Assembly (NCBI GenBank): GCA_963737265.1
Contig: CAVTRY010000010.1
Span: forward strand, 14,075-78,074
Direction: 5' to 3'
Length of the DNA: 64,000 bases
Source: an uncultured delta proteobacterium
GTDB lineage: Bacteria > Myxococcota_A > Polyangia > Fen-1088
In this document: positions 1 through 11,109 of the stretch, one piece after another
How the letters are laid out: every line of letters starts with the position of its first letter
How positions within the stretch are numbered: the first letter of the stretch is position 1
Program-made: the position numbers and the translations under genes
Notes under the pieces: model-generated
Seen by the model: only the letters and a program-made list of their open reading frames with translations
Told to the model about the DNA's origin: nothing
The model's database searches: none

Positions 1-99
1 ACACAGCACCAGCCATGGTGCAAGTTTGCCAGTTTTCGCCTCCCAAAGCGACCGAAGAAACAGAATAGAATCGCGTTAGCGATTGCCGGTTCGCTTAAG

Positions 100-927
100 A
101 TGCCTGTCCGCATTGTACAGAGTAAGCAGAATGCCCGTTTGAAAGAACTGCGGAGAGCGCTCGCGCACCCGCCGCGTGACCGGGCCGGCCTGGCTGGCAT
201 CGAGGGGCCAAACCTGCTGGAAGAGGCGATACGGGCGGGGCTGCGGATTGATTCTGTGTTTGTGGCGCAAGGGTCCGAGCGGCTGCTGGAGGGCTTCGAT
301 CTGCCCCCGGACCTTGAAGTCCTGCTGGTTCCAAAGGGGCTGCTGAACGCGGCGATGACCACGGAGACACCGCAACCAATTGCGGCGCTGATTGAGCCAC
401 CCGCTTGGACCTGGGACGACATTCTGGGAATTGGCCGTGGTGCGATGCCGCTGATCCTGATCCTGGCTGGTTTACAGGACCCCGGGAATCTGGGGACGAT
501 CTTGCGGTCTGCGGAGGCCTTTGGCGCAAGCGGAATTGTAAGTTTGCCGGGAACCGTGGGCGCCTGGAATCCAAAAGCAATGCGCGCTTCGGCGGGGAGC
601 CTGTTTCGCGTTCCGCTGATCGAGGCGGAGGGTGATTGGTGTTTTGCTCGGCTGCGGGAGGCTGGAATTCGGCTGCTCACCACCGCTGTTCGCAATGCTG
701 AACCTGTGGGCGCTGTGGATCTGAGAGAGCCGGCGGCGATTCTCATCGGAAATGAGGGCAATGGGGTTCAAGAGGAATTGGCATCCCAGGCCGATGGGGC
801 AATCACGATTCCATGCCCTGGGCCGGTGGAGAGCCTGAATGCCGCAGTCGCGGTGGGAGTGCTGCTGTATGAAGCGAGCCGGCAGAGGGCGGGACAGCCA
901 GGTTCCATGATCGGGAGGGCACGGTGA
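100..927 (+). CDS. TrmH/SpoU-family RNA methyltransferase
   Basis: SpoU motifs LQDPGNLGTILRSAEAFG, IGNEGNG and ESLNAAVA; N-terminal IVQSKQNARLK and IEGPNLLEEA typical of TsnR/TrmH. Confidence 0.93.
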   Translation: MPVRIVQSKQNARLKELRRALAHPPRDRAGLAGIEGPNLLEEAIRAGLRIDSVFVAQGSERLLEGFDLPPDLEVLLVPKGLLNAAMTTETPQPIAALIEPPAWTWDDILGIGRGAMPLILILAGLQDPGNLGTILRSAEAFGASGIVSLPGTVGAWNPKAMRASAGSLFRVPLIEAEGDWCFARLREAGIRLLTTAVRNAEPVGAVDLREPAAILIGNEGNGVQEELASQADGAITIPCPGPVESLNAAVAVGVLLYEASRQRAGQPGSMIGRAR

Positions 928-2297
928 GCCTGTTCGATGGAGAACCCGATGGACCACCACGGCCCTCCAAACGCTTGCCTGATGGCAAAGGAGGCGCGCC
1001 GCTGGCCGAGCGCATGCGGCCGCGCAGCCTGGAGGAATATAGCGGCCAGGCGCACCTGCTGGGGCCGGGGAAACCGTTGCGGGTCCAGATCGAGAAGGAT
1101 GACCCGGGTTCGATGATCCTGTGGGGTCCGCCGGGATCGGGAAAGACCACGCTGGCGAAGATCATCGCGGAGACCACCAAGGCCAACTTCATCGAGTTTT
1201 CCGCCGTGATGAGCGGGATTAAAGAGATCAAGCAGGTGATGGCCACGGCCGCGCAAGCCGCGGAGATGCATTCGCGCACGATCCTGTTTGTGGATGAAAT
1301 TCACCGCTTCAACAAGGCGCAGCAGGATGCCTTTCTCCCTTATGTAGAGCGCGGAACGATCCGGCTGATTGGCGCGACGACGGAGAATCCGTCGTTTGAG
1401 ATTATTTCCGCCCTGCTTTCGCGATGCCGCGTATACGTGCTTCAACCTCTGAGTGAAGAACACATTACAGAACTGCTGCGGCGCGCGCTGGAGGATGCGG
1501 AGCGTGGGCTAGGAGCGTTGGGGCTGGCCGCAGACGATGATGCCCTGGAACTGATTGCAAGTTACTCGAGCGGAGATTGCCGCGCGGCCTACAACACGCT
1601 GGAGGTAGCGGCACAGTTGGCAGGCGAGCGGGCAGCCGGCGAGAACGCAAAACGGATTGATCGCGCATTGGCGGTAGAGGCCGTCCAGCAGCGTGTGCTG
1701 ATGTACGACAAGTCAGGAGAAGAGCACTATAACCTCATCTCGGCACTCCACAAGAGCGTGCGCAACTCTGATCCGGATGCGGCGCTTTATTGGCTGGCAA
1801 GAATGTTTGCGGCCGGCGAGGATCCTTTGTACCTGGCGCGGCGGGTGGTGCGGATGGCGGTGGAGGATATTGGGCTAGCCGCGCCCGAGGCACTGAATCT
1901 GTGCTTGTCGGCCAAAGAAGCCATTGATTTTCTGGGTTCTCCCGAGGGCGACTTGGCATTGGCCGAGGCGGTGGTGTATCTATGCCTGGCGCCGAAATCG
2001 AACTCGGTATACACGGCATATGGCGCCGTGCAGGCAGAGATTGAACACACCCGGCAGGAGCCGGTTCCGCTTCATCTGCGCAATGCTCCCACGCGTCTGA
2101 TGAAAGAGCTCGAATATGGCAAAGGCTACCGCTACGCCCATGATGAGGAAGGCCGCGTAGCCGATATGGACTGCCTGCCTGATTCATTGCGCGGGCGGAG
2201 CTATTACCAGCCTACGCAGGAGGGGCGAGAGAAACAGCTGGCGCAACGAATGGAAGAGATTCGCAGGATTCGCGCGGGGAAACGAGGCGGCGTTTAG
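924..2297 (+). CDS. rarA: Replication-associated recombination protein A (RarA/MgsA AAA+ ATPase)
   Basis: PLAERMRP, Walker A GPPGSGKTT, FVDEIHRFNKAQQD, GATTENPSF, ISALHKSVR and VPLHLRNAPT; GTGA overlap with the upstream gene. Confidence 0.96.
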   Translation: MSLFDGEPDGPPRPSKRLPDGKGGAPLAERMRPRSLEEYSGQAHLLGPGKPLRVQIEKDDPGSMILWGPPGSGKTTLAKIIAETTKANFIEFSAVMSGIKEIKQVMATAAQAAEMHSRTILFVDEIHRFNKAQQDAFLPYVERGTIRLIGATTENPSFEIISALLSRCRVYVLQPLSEEHITELLRRALEDAERGLGALGLAADDDALELIASYSSGDCRAAYNTLEVAAQLAGERAAGENAKRIDRALAVEAVQQRVLMYDKSGEEHYNLISALHKSVRNSDPDAALYWLARMFAAGEDPLYLARRVVRMAVEDIGLAAPEALNLCLSAKEAIDFLGSPEGDLALAEAVVYLCLAPKSNSVYTAYGAVQAEIEHTRQEPVPLHLRNAPTRLMKELEYGKGYRYAHDEEGRVADMDCLPDSLRGRSYYQPTQEGREKQLAQRMEEIRRIRAGKRGGV

Positions 2298-2419
2298 GGC
2301 CACCTGCGGTGGGGCGGACGCCGTTTTCTCGGCCAAGAATCGAGGTATTAATGGTTTGACCCGCCAGGGTTGAGTTGAGAGGATGAAACCAATGCTTGTT
2401 AAGAAGATACGAGGCAAAG

Positions 2420-3418
2420 ATGAAGCTGGAATTCATTTGGCAGGAGTCTGGTTTCAATGAGCGAGATTGGATTGCCGACATCTTTGCCCCGGTGGCGGGA
2501 GAGCAGATATTTGACGGCGATCATCGCATCGTGCTCGACAACTGCCTCTTGATCGATTCGTATCTCCATTCGAGGCCGCGAGACTACTACGCGCAGTTTC
2601 GCGGCAAAAATGCGTGGCTTCTGCATCTCTCCGATGAGACCTATGAGGGCGGCTACGACGCCTATGAGAACTTCTGTGGGGTATTCCGCAATTACTGGTC
2701 AGGAGTTTTCAATCCCAAGCGCGTGTTTCAGTTCCCGCTGGGATACGCGGATGGACTGATACACGATGTGCGCGGGCCAGATCCCGAGAACCGCAAGTAT
2801 CTTTGGAGCTTTGTAGGCGAGGCAGCGAAAAGTTCGAGGCCTGAGATGGCGCGCGCGTTGGCGCCCCTGAGTCCGCATTTTGGACTGAACACCGATGGGA
2901 GCAAACACCAGCCGCTGAGCCGACGGGAGTATCAGGATAGCCTGTTCGATTCGATCTTCGTTCCCTGCCCTATGGGCAACGTGAGTCTTGAGTCGTTTCG
3001 CGTCTACGAAGCGTTGGAGTGCGAGGCGATTCCGATACTAGAGAAACGGGCAACGTTGGATTATTTTAAGCAGTTGTTCGGTAACCATCCGCTGCCTACC
3101 TTTGGCAACTGGAATGAGGCCGCGCGATTTGTGCGATCAGTTCGCGAGGACCCAAATGCGCTTAAAGAGCTGCAGAAGCGCTGTACCGATTGGTGGAGGA
3201 CCTACAAGCAGAGGCTTCGCGAAGGAGTGGAGAGCTTCTTCGGCGCGAGTTCCGGCGAGAAGCCAGGCGCGTTCGTACGATGGCCGTATTCTGTTCCAGG
3301 ATGGCAACCCGCTGAGTTGATTCGGCACCAGACGGCGACTTCGTTGGCAAGACGCGTCAGGTTGCAACTGGCGCGATTCACGCGCGAGGGAAGGCTGCGC
3401 AAAACGAAAGGCGCATAG
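2420..3418 (+). CDS. Exostosin-like (GT47-like) glycosyltransferase
   Basis: C-terminal SIFVPCPMGNVSLESFRVYEALECEAIPIL matches the exostosin motif; ATG at 2420 preferred over the ORF-track start at 2396. Confidence 0.7.
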   Translation: MKLEFIWQESGFNERDWIADIFAPVAGEQIFDGDHRIVLDNCLLIDSYLHSRPRDYYAQFRGKNAWLLHLSDETYEGGYDAYENFCGVFRNYWSGVFNPKRVFQFPLGYADGLIHDVRGPDPENRKYLWSFVGEAAKSSRPEMARALAPLSPHFGLNTDGSKHQPLSRREYQDSLFDSIFVPCPMGNVSLESFRVYEALECEAIPILEKRATLDYFKQLFGNHPLPTFGNWNEAARFVRSVREDPNALKELQKRCTDWWRTYKQRLREGVESFFGASSGEKPGAFVRWPYSVPGWQPAELIRHQTATSLARRVRLQLARFTREGRLRKTKGA

Positions 3419-3438
3419 ACCGGCAGATCCGTGCCTCT

Positions 3439-4077
3439 TCAGTTGGCGTACTTCACCGAGCATCCATAGGAACGCGTATACGGAATCGCCACCGGCTTGC
3501 CTGCCATCGCTTCAGTCAGCGCGTCAGAGACGTAGTTGTCTGCGCCGTGCACATCCTCGGGATCGGGCGTGGGACGGTTGTCGATGGCGCCAGAGTAGAT
3601 CAACTTTCCGCTGGGATCTATGACGAACATGTCCGGCGTGGTTTTGGCGTTGTACAGGTGCCCCAGCTTGCCTTCCGGGTCCATGAGCACTGCTGTTGGC
3701 GAAGCGTGAACCTGTGCCAGGTAGGCGTTCTCCTGCGCGGGCGTCACGTATCCCTGCTCGCCCGGAGCCGAGGAGATGACGGTGAACCAGGCTACGCCTT
3801 TGGCGGTCCACTCCTTTTGCAATGCCTGCATGTTGCCTGAGACGTAATGCTTGCGAGTGAAGGGGCACCCCTGATTGTGCCATTCGAGGACCACGTATTT
3901 GCCGTGGAACTGGTCGAGCGATTCGGATTTCCCGCTTGAGTCGGTGGCATTGAAGGCCGGGGCGGGCGCTCCGACGCGGGCAGCTTGCGAGGCAGAAACG
4001 AGCGGCATGAGTGCAGATGCGAGCAGCGCGCTCATTGAGAGCCTATGGCGGCGGGAAAGAAGGGCCATGTGAGTCAA
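3439..4077 (-). CDS. Exported thioredoxin-fold / AhpC-TSA redoxin protein
   Basis: Signal peptide, VGAPAPAF, VVLEWHNQGCPF, YNAKTTP, YSGAID and terminal YGCSVKY; directly downstream of dsbD. Confidence 0.88.
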   Translation of the reverse strand: MTHMALLSRRHRLSMSALLASALMPLVSASQAARVGAPAPAFNATDSSGKSESLDQFHGKYVVLEWHNQGCPFTRKHYVSGNMQALQKEWTAKGVAWFTVISSAPGEQGYVTPAQENAYLAQVHASPTAVLMDPEGKLGHLYNAKTTPDMFVIDPSGKLIYSGAIDNRPTPDPEDVHGADNYVSDALTEAMAGKPVAIPYTRSYGCSVKYAN

Positions 4078-4122
4078 CCTCCTGAGGGGAAATCAGACGA
4101 TTAACCGGATTGGCTTGCCAGC

Positions 4123-6401
4123 TTACTTCAAATTGGACGGTGCAGCGCTGGCTTGGGTTGCAGCCTGTGGCAGCTTGCTGATGGCGTCCGTGACAATACC
4201 CGGGGTGAGCACTTCAGGCAACAGCCGGGGGCTGTTATCCCCTGGGAGGTAAAGAACGTAAGTGGGAACGCCGCTGCGGCCCAGCGCCGTGAGGGCCGTG
4301 GTGATGTCTTCGTCGTGGCGCGTCCAGTCAGCGCGCATGCGGATTACGTGTGCCGCTCTAAACGCGGACTCGACTTCAGGCTTGTCGAGAGCTACGCGCT
4401 CGTTGACCTGACAGCTCAGGCACCAGCTTGCGGTGAAGTCTACAAAAACGGGGTAGCCTTCAGCCCGATAGCGCTCTGCGGAGGCAGGCGACCAGGTTTG
4501 CCAGTAGCTTTCCGGCGCTAACCCAACCGCAAGGACGTGGCGCGAATCGAATTTGGGCTCGGCAAGAACCTTGGATGAAAAGACCATGAGCCCAACCGTG
4601 GCCGCGATGATGATGCCCGCCATGACGGAAGCCCAGCGCTTCGCCGGCCAGCGGCCCAGAAACCAACCCGCAACAGCAAGGAGCAGGAAGCTTGCCAGCA
4701 GCGCGGCCACCAGCGCAGCCCCATAAGCTTGCGCCACCACCCATGCCAGCCAGATGACGGTGCCGAAGATAGGCACGGAGACGGCCTGCTTGAGCACGTC
4801 CATCCATACGCCAGGCTTGGGGAGAAGGCGTGCCCAGGCTGGTTGCAGCGTGAGGGCCACGTAGGGCGCTGCGAGGCCGAGGGCCAGCGCGGTGAAGATG
4901 GCGAAGCTGACCGCTGCCGATTGCGAGAGCGCGTAACCAATGGCTGCTCCCATCAACGGCGCGGTGCAAGGCGTGGCGACGACCACCGCCAGCACGCCGG
5001 TAAAGAAGCTGCCCACGTAGCCTTGTTTGGCGGCGAGCGATCCTCCAGCACTGGTGAGGGTGAGGCCGATTTCGAACTGGCCGGCGAGCGAGAGGCCGAG
5101 GAAGAAGAGCAGGCCAGCCATGAGGGCGAGAACCACGGGCGATTGGAACTGGAAGCCCCAACCGATTTTGGAGCCTGCCGAACGCAAGACCAGCAGCACG
5201 CCGACCAGCGCCCAGAAGGATGCGACAATCCCAAGCGTGTAGACCGCGCCATGCAGTCGAAGCGCGTGGCGTTCCTCGTTGCCGGATCGGACGAGCGCGA
5301 GGCCTTTGAGGAAGAGCACCGGAAAGACGCAGGGCATGAGGTTGAGGATGAGCCCGCCGAGGAAGGCAAAGCCCACGCTGCGCAGCAGATCGGCAAAGGC
5401 CGTTTTCGGTGCCGGCGGAGGCACCGGGCTGGCAGGCTGTTGGGTGACAGCAGGCGGTGGGGTCGATGGTGCGGCGTCAGACGAGGCGGAGACGGGAGCA
5501 GACGGGACAGAGGTCGATGCGGATGCCGCGGGCGGCGATGCAGGGCGCTGCTCGAAGTGGATGCGGTTCCGGGGAGGGCGGCGATGTCATAAGCGCGACC
5601 TCCTGACAACTCCAAAACTCCTTTCAACTGGGGTGGATTTGCGGTGAGATTCGCGTCTTTCTTTAGCTCAAGGGCGAAGCCCTTCGCCGTGGAAGTGAGC
5701 TTCTGCGGCGCGGGATTGTCAAGGATATCGGCGTCGGCGGGAAAGAACGCAGCTTCAGACTCACGATGGCCTGTATCGACGGAGAGACGGAAGCCTGTGG
5801 CCGTGGGCTGGAAGATGGCCTTGGCCGGGGGCGGCAACGGTTTGGGGAAGAGCTTTGGTTGGTCGAGACGCAGCCAGATTTCGCGATCCGGTTGGACCTC
5901 TCCCGCACCGTCCGTGGTGCCTTTGCTTTCAACTTTTCGCACCGTCTCGACTTCCGCTTTGCCAGGGATGCAAGTGGAACTGCAAACCAGCCAATCCACC
6001 TTGGCATGCAGATTGGCTTGACCCAGGCCTGCAGACGTGGCCACGTCGAGCTTGATCGGGAACAACACTTCGTTCTCGTACCCGAAGTCCATCAATGGCC
6101 CGAGGGGCAGACGTTTGGGCGTGGGGAAATCCAAGGGGCCGGCGGTGATTCCCGCAGGTAAAGTCCAGCGAATATGCGGCGGCTCTCCGGCATCGCCGGG
6201 ATTCTTCCAATAGATATGCCAGCCTGGCTCGATTTTGAAGTATAGCGCTGCTTCCGCAGTGGTGCCCTGATAGAGATGTTCCTCTGGAACGAGCAACTGG
6301 ACATGGACATGCGGAGCGTCGGCGGAATTGGACACTGCGCGCCCTGGTAGTGCCGCAGCCAGCAACAGAGCAACGCCGATGATGGAACGAGATACGCGCA
6401 T
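4123..6401 (-). CDS. dsbD: Thiol:disulfide interchange protein DsbD (N-terminal domain, TM domain, thioredoxin domain); apparent frameshift near 5543
   Basis: GWHIYWKNPGDAG and WLVCSSTCIPG (ORF 4953..6428) join LNLMPCVFPVL, ATPCTAP and FTASWCLSCQVNE (ORF 4123..5424) if one base is restored in a short homopolymer at ~5543. Confidence 0.88.
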
Positions 6402-6473
6402 GAAATGGGAACGTCCGCTACCAAGCATTGGATTCAGTCTAATGGACGGACGGTGCGGAGAATAGGTGCGAGG

Positions 6474-6908
6474 CTATAGAGGCATCCGCGCGGCGTGCTC
6501 ACGGAAGATGCAGTCATTCTCAACGCATTTCACGCCGGCGGCGCGGGCACGGGCCACAGCTTCCTCGTGCACTACATCATCTTGAAGCCATAGATACCTG
6601 ATTCCCAAACGGATGACGTCATCAACGATTGCCGGCACGTGCTCCGATGCCCGGAAGACGTCTACCAGGTCAATTCCCTTGCCTGCTTCGGAGCGTAGAG
6701 CTTGGTCAGCAGAATCGAGATCGGGATAGCACTTGAGGCCGAGGACTTCAGTCAGGATGGGATTGACGGGAATGACACGGTAGCCATTTTGGGCGAGATA
6801 TTTGCCGATGTTGTGGCTGGCGCGCCAGGACTTGTTGCTCATTCCAACAACGGCAATGGTGCGTGCTGTCGAGAGCATTTCGTCGATAATCGCGGGATCG
6901 TTGGTCAT
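6474..6908 (-). CDS. CoA-binding protein (YccU-like)
   Basis: TIAVVGMS, GYRVIPVNP, IDLVDVFR, LWLQ and CIFREH; real start MTNDPAII at 6908, since the longer ORF overlaps prfB. Confidence 0.88.
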   Translation of the reverse strand: MTNDPAIIDEMLSTARTIAVVGMSNKSWRASHNIGKYLAQNGYRVIPVNPILTEVLGLKCYPDLDSADQALRSEAGKGIDLVDVFRASEHVPAIVDDVIRLGIRYLWLQDDVVHEEAVARARAAGVKCVENDCIFREHAARMPL

Positions 6909-6910
6909 GG

Positions 6911-6945
6911 GACAGTGAATAGGGGACAGTGGACAATGAACAGTT
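6911..6945. repeat. Five degenerate tandem heptamers filling the prfB to CoA-binding gene spacer
   Basis: GACAGTG AATAGGG GACAGTG GACAATG AACAGTT read directly. Confidence 0.65.
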
Positions 6946-6951
6946 GACGGT

Positions 6952-8089
6952 TTATGCGTCGAGGTCGTCGTTGGAGGATTCGTCAACCGCGGTTCCGCGG
7001 CGCTTGGCCAACAGATAACCGCGCAGGAAGGGCTCGAGGTAACCGTCGAGCACCTTGTCAACATCCCCCACTTCAACCTTGGTGCGATGGTCTTTGGCGA
7101 TGCGGTAGGGCTGCAAGACGTACGAACGAATCTGTGATCCGAAGTTGATTTCCAACTTGGAATCTTCAAGTTTCTTGCTGACGGCCTTCTTCTTTTCGAG
7201 CTCGTACTCATAGAGACGCGAGCGCAGCATCTTCATTGCTTTCTCGCGGTTCTTGTGCTGGGAACGCTCGTTCTGGCATTGCACGACGATGCCCGTAGGC
7301 AGGTGCGTCATGCGCACGGCGGAGTCGGTGGTGTTGACGTGCTGGCCGCCCTTGCCGCCGGAGCGATAGGTGTCGATGCGCAGGTCTTCAAGCTTCAGGT
7401 CAACCTGGATGGAGTCGTCGATCTCAGGCGAGACAAACACGGAAGCGAACGACGTGTGGCGGCGCTTGGCGGAGTCGAATGGGGAGATGCGCACCAGGCG
7501 ATGCACGCCGCTCTCGCCGGCCAACTGACCGAAGGCGTACTCGCCAATGATGGTGAACGTGGCGGATTTAATGCCCGCCTCATCGCCATCCTGAATGTCG
7601 TTGATTTCGGTCTTGAAGCCCTGTTGCTCGGCCCAGCGCAGGTACATGCGCATGAGCATCTCGGCCCAGTCCTGGCTCTCGGTTCCACCGGCGCCGGGGT
7701 GCACGGTGACGATTGCGTTCAGGGGATCGGTAATGCTGGAGAGCATGGTGCGGGCTTCAAGGTCTTCAGCAAATGTGGCGAGCGCCTTGATGTCGCGCTC
7801 GAGATCGCCGAGAACGTCTTCGCCTTCCCGTGCCAGCTCGAAGTAGGCATCGATATCGCCGGCGCGACGCACCAACTCGTCATCGTCTGCGACGAGCTTT
7901 TCAATGCGCTTGCGATCGCGCATGAGAGGCTTGCTGGCGTCTGGGTTATTCCACATGGCCGGATCGGCCAGTTTCGCTTCAATATCGGCTAGTTCCCTGC
8001 GGATGCGGGCGGGGTCAAAGATACTCCCGCAGGTCGCGGACTTGATCGCGCACGGGAGCATATGCGAACTCGAGATCGTTCAACGACAT
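6952..8089 (-). CDS. prfB: Peptide chain release factor 2, translated by programmed +1 frameshift
   Basis: SPF and GGQ motifs; a 24-codon upstream ORF MSLNDLEFAYAPVRDQVRDLREYL ends in CTT TGA C and continues in the +1 frame as DPARIRREL. Confidence 0.97.
8014..8029 (-). other. prfB frameshift cassette (internal SD-like GGGAG, then TAT CTT TGA C)
   Basis: Minus strand reads CGGGAG TAT CTT TGA C, the canonical RF2 autoregulatory shift site. Confidence 0.95.
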
Positions 8090-8290
8090 ATTCTGCTCTT
8101 TCCTTTGACCTGACTATGGGTTGGGATATTAATCTGGGCCGCTCGACTGTACTAGAATACCACCCCCATCGACTTTCACTGGCGCAGGGATGAAGCTGCG
8201 GGAGGTGTCGGACCTGGGTCTTGCTTCCATTTACGGTTTCTCGAGTTTGGCGTGCTTCTCCTTTTTGTACATGTGTGATATATACAAATT

Positions 8291-8890
8291 GTGGCGACTC
8301 ACGATCCACTTCGCGAGTGCATTGGATTCGATTGGGATGAATCGAACACTGTCAAAAACTGGGAGCGACACAAGGTAACACCGGAGGAAGCCGAGGATGT
8401 CTTCTTTCACGAACCCTTGGTGGTGCGTGGCGACGCTGGACACTCCTCGCGCGAAAAACGCTACCGGGCACTGGGAACGACATCACGAGGACGCCTCCTC
8501 TTTGTCGCCTGCACCATCCGGCGCAAGTTGATCCGGGTGATCTCGGTGCGCGATACGAATCGAAGAGAAGCTGAGAGTACAAACGACATGAAGAAAGTTC
8601 CTGAGTTTAAGAACGAGGACGAGGAGTTTGAGTTCTGGTCTTCCACGGGTGAGGGGGCCGACTCGACAGAGTACGTCGATTGGTCAAAAGCCCGGCGGGT
8701 CAAGTTTGTCAAACTCAAGCCCACACTGCGCACCATCTCCGTTCGCCTGCCCGTGGCCATGGTCGAAGATCTGAAGATATTGGCCAACCAGCGCGACGTC
8801 CCTTACCAATCCCTCCTCAAGGTGTTTCTGGCAGAGCGACTCCTGCGAGAGAAGGCGCGGCGGCAGGCAGTCAAGGCTCGGTGCGGCTGA
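8291..8890 (+). CDS. BrnT toxin and BrnA/CopG-type antitoxin, read here as one fused ORF (antitoxin ATG at 8588)
   Basis: BrnT motifs FDWDESN..KNWERH, EKRYRALG and IRVISVR; antitoxin KVPEFKNEDEE, ISVRLP and VPYQSLLK. Confidence 0.85.
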   Translation: MATHDPLRECIGFDWDESNTVKNWERHKVTPEEAEDVFFHEPLVVRGDAGHSSREKRYRALGTTSRGRLLFVACTIRRKLIRVISVRDTNRREAESTNDMKKVPEFKNEDEEFEFWSSTGEGADSTEYVDWSKARRVKFVKLKPTLRTISVRLPVAMVEDLKILANQRDVPYQSLLKVFLAERLLREKARRQAVKARCG

Positions 8891-8973
8891 CCTCACCGTA
8901 GACGCTGCTGCCGCTCGTCGTCACGCAAATTGCGGACGAAAGACGCCGAATCCTCCAAGTCCGTTCAATCATT

Positions 8974-10646
8974 TCAATGCCCAACCGCCTGCCGTAGAAG
9001 TCGCCTACCCGCCCAAGCGCCGAAAACCGCCGCCATGAACGCACAGGTCCACGCGAAGATGTCGCCGTGATCGGTGTAGAAGGTGATGTCGTCGCGGAAG
9101 CCATATTGGGCAGGGAGCGCATCCGTTTGATGACGCGGGATGCTCTGGCGAACAACGCCGTAGGGATCGATGGCCGCAGTGACGCCATTGTTGGTGTCGC
9201 GCAGAATCCAGCGGCGATTTTCGATGGCCCGCATGCGCGCCATGTTCAGGTGCTGCCATGGGGCGCTGGTGTCGCCGTACCAGCCATCATCGCTGATGTT
9301 GACCAGCACCTCAGCGCCGAGTTGGGCAAATTGGCGAACCTCGTCGGCAAAGACTGATTCATAGCAAATGAAGACGCCATATTGGTGCGATGGCCGTTGG
9401 AGTCGGTCAGCCGGAAGACCTTGCGACTGCGCCGCGGTTAAATGCTGAGACCGGCCGGTGAGTTTGTGCGCAAAGAATAAGCAGTTCTTTGAAAGGGAAC
9501 GTACTCGCCGAAGGGGACGAGGTGGATTTTGTCGTAGCGGGCGATTCGCGCCCCATCGGCGCCGACAATCAGAGCGGAGTTGTAGTACTGCCAGGCGCCA
9601 TCCTGGGTGGATCGAAATCCATCGCCAATGTTGCCGACAATGAGCGGCGCTTTCTCTGTCTGGGCGATGCCGATGAGCGCATGCTGAAAGCGGGTATCGG
9701 ATTCGTCGAAGGGCGCAGGCGACTCAGGCCATGCGACAAGATCGGGATGCGTAGGCCAGGGCGGGCAAACGATCTCGCCATTGGGCGCGCCCGTTTGCGG
9801 AATGCCGGCGATATAGGTCTTGCAATTCTCGCTGCCAAGCCTGGTGAACTCTGCGATGTGCTGGTCCCATTCGCCGGGCCCGGCCCAGTGGTTGTCGCCG
9901 GCTACGTCAAGGTTGGGCTGGATGAGAACAGCGGTGTCAGTGCCCGCGGGACGTGGCGGCGTGAGCGTGAGGCCCAGCCCGCCGGCGAACAGCAGAACGG
10001 CTCCGCTGATGCCCCAGATGCGGCGGCGTTCGCAAGGCTTGAGCACAATGCCGCCGGCAATGAGTGCGTTGACAGCCACAATTACGAAACTTATGCCATA
10101 CACACCTGTAAAGGGCGCGAGCTGGTTGATGAGCGCGTTATCTACCTGCGAGTAGCCAAGCTGATCCCACGGAACGCTGGTGATGCGCGCGGCAGCTAAC
10201 TCAAGGGCGGCCCAGAGAACCGGCGCAGCGGCCAAAGCGAGGCGCGTACTGCCGGTTGCCTTGCGAATCAGCATCACACCAAATCCAAAGAATCCGAAGT
10301 ACAGGCCGAGCACCATGCTGTAGCCAAGCAGCAAAAGCGTTGGCGCGAACTTTGGCATATCGCCATATCTGGCCATCACGTCGCGGACCCAGTAGCAATT
10401 TCCGGTGTACCAGAGAACTCCACAGAGATAGGCAATGAGAAAACCCCTGCGGAGAGGTCGCGGGCCGTCAACACAAGTTGGAGACAGAAGAGCGATAAGC
10501 AGGGGGACCAAACCGAACCAGGCGAAGACCGAACGCCATGGAGGAAGCGGGCCGGCAAGTGGGAACGGCAACTCAAGGAGCGCAGCAGAGAGCACCGCGG
10601 CGGCCCATAGCCTCCAGGCTGCTGATTTCAAGAACTGATTGCTCAT
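8974..10646 (-). CDS. lnt: Apolipoprotein N-acyltransferase; apparent frameshift(s) near 9420-9490
   Basis: WPES, YYNSA and YDKIHLVPFGEYVP upstream; FICYESVF, NISDDGWYG, QHLNMARMRAIEN and NNGVTAAIDPYG downstream. Confidence 0.92.
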
Positions 10647-10796
10647 ACAGGGGCGAGTGTATCGCATTGAGGCCAAACGGCACGGGGCTTAGCCAGCCGC
10701 CGGTGCCGGAGGAATATTGCTCGACCAGCCCGGTGCAAATTTGCAGCACGGAAATCTCTTTTTGGGCAAAAGCGAAAACACGCTACAATCTTTTGT

Positions 10797-10970
10797 ATGC
10801 TATCGGCAAATTTGGGATTGCTGCTGCTCGATCCGCTGACCAACATTGCGGTCATTGGACTGCGCGTGCTCGAGGTGATGTTCTTTGCCGGCCTCGTCGG
10901 CTCTACCGTCGTGGTGCTCATCAGCTTCATCGAGGATGGGAAAGAGCTGTTTGGTAAAGACGAAAACTGA
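10797..10970 (+). CDS. Small (57 aa) membrane protein upstream of the APC permease; missing from the ORF track
   Basis: Translated by hand: MLSANLGLLLLDPLTNIAVIGLRVLEVMFFAGLVGSTVVVLISFIEDGKELFGKDEN*; hydrophobic core, acidic tail, co-oriented with the permease. Confidence 0.65.
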   Translation: MLSANLGLLLLDPLTNIAVIGLRVLEVMFFAGLVGSTVVVLISFIEDGKELFGKDEN

Positions 10971-11109
10971 GCTGTCACTACGGCTGCCAGCGCCCCCTTT
11001 ATAAATCATTGACACTTCCTTCATTCAGACTTACACTCACCGGAGGGGCGGGCGATGATCATCGCCTTCTCGAATTTGGAACGCCGAAAACCTCCACGGC
11101 ACCCACACG

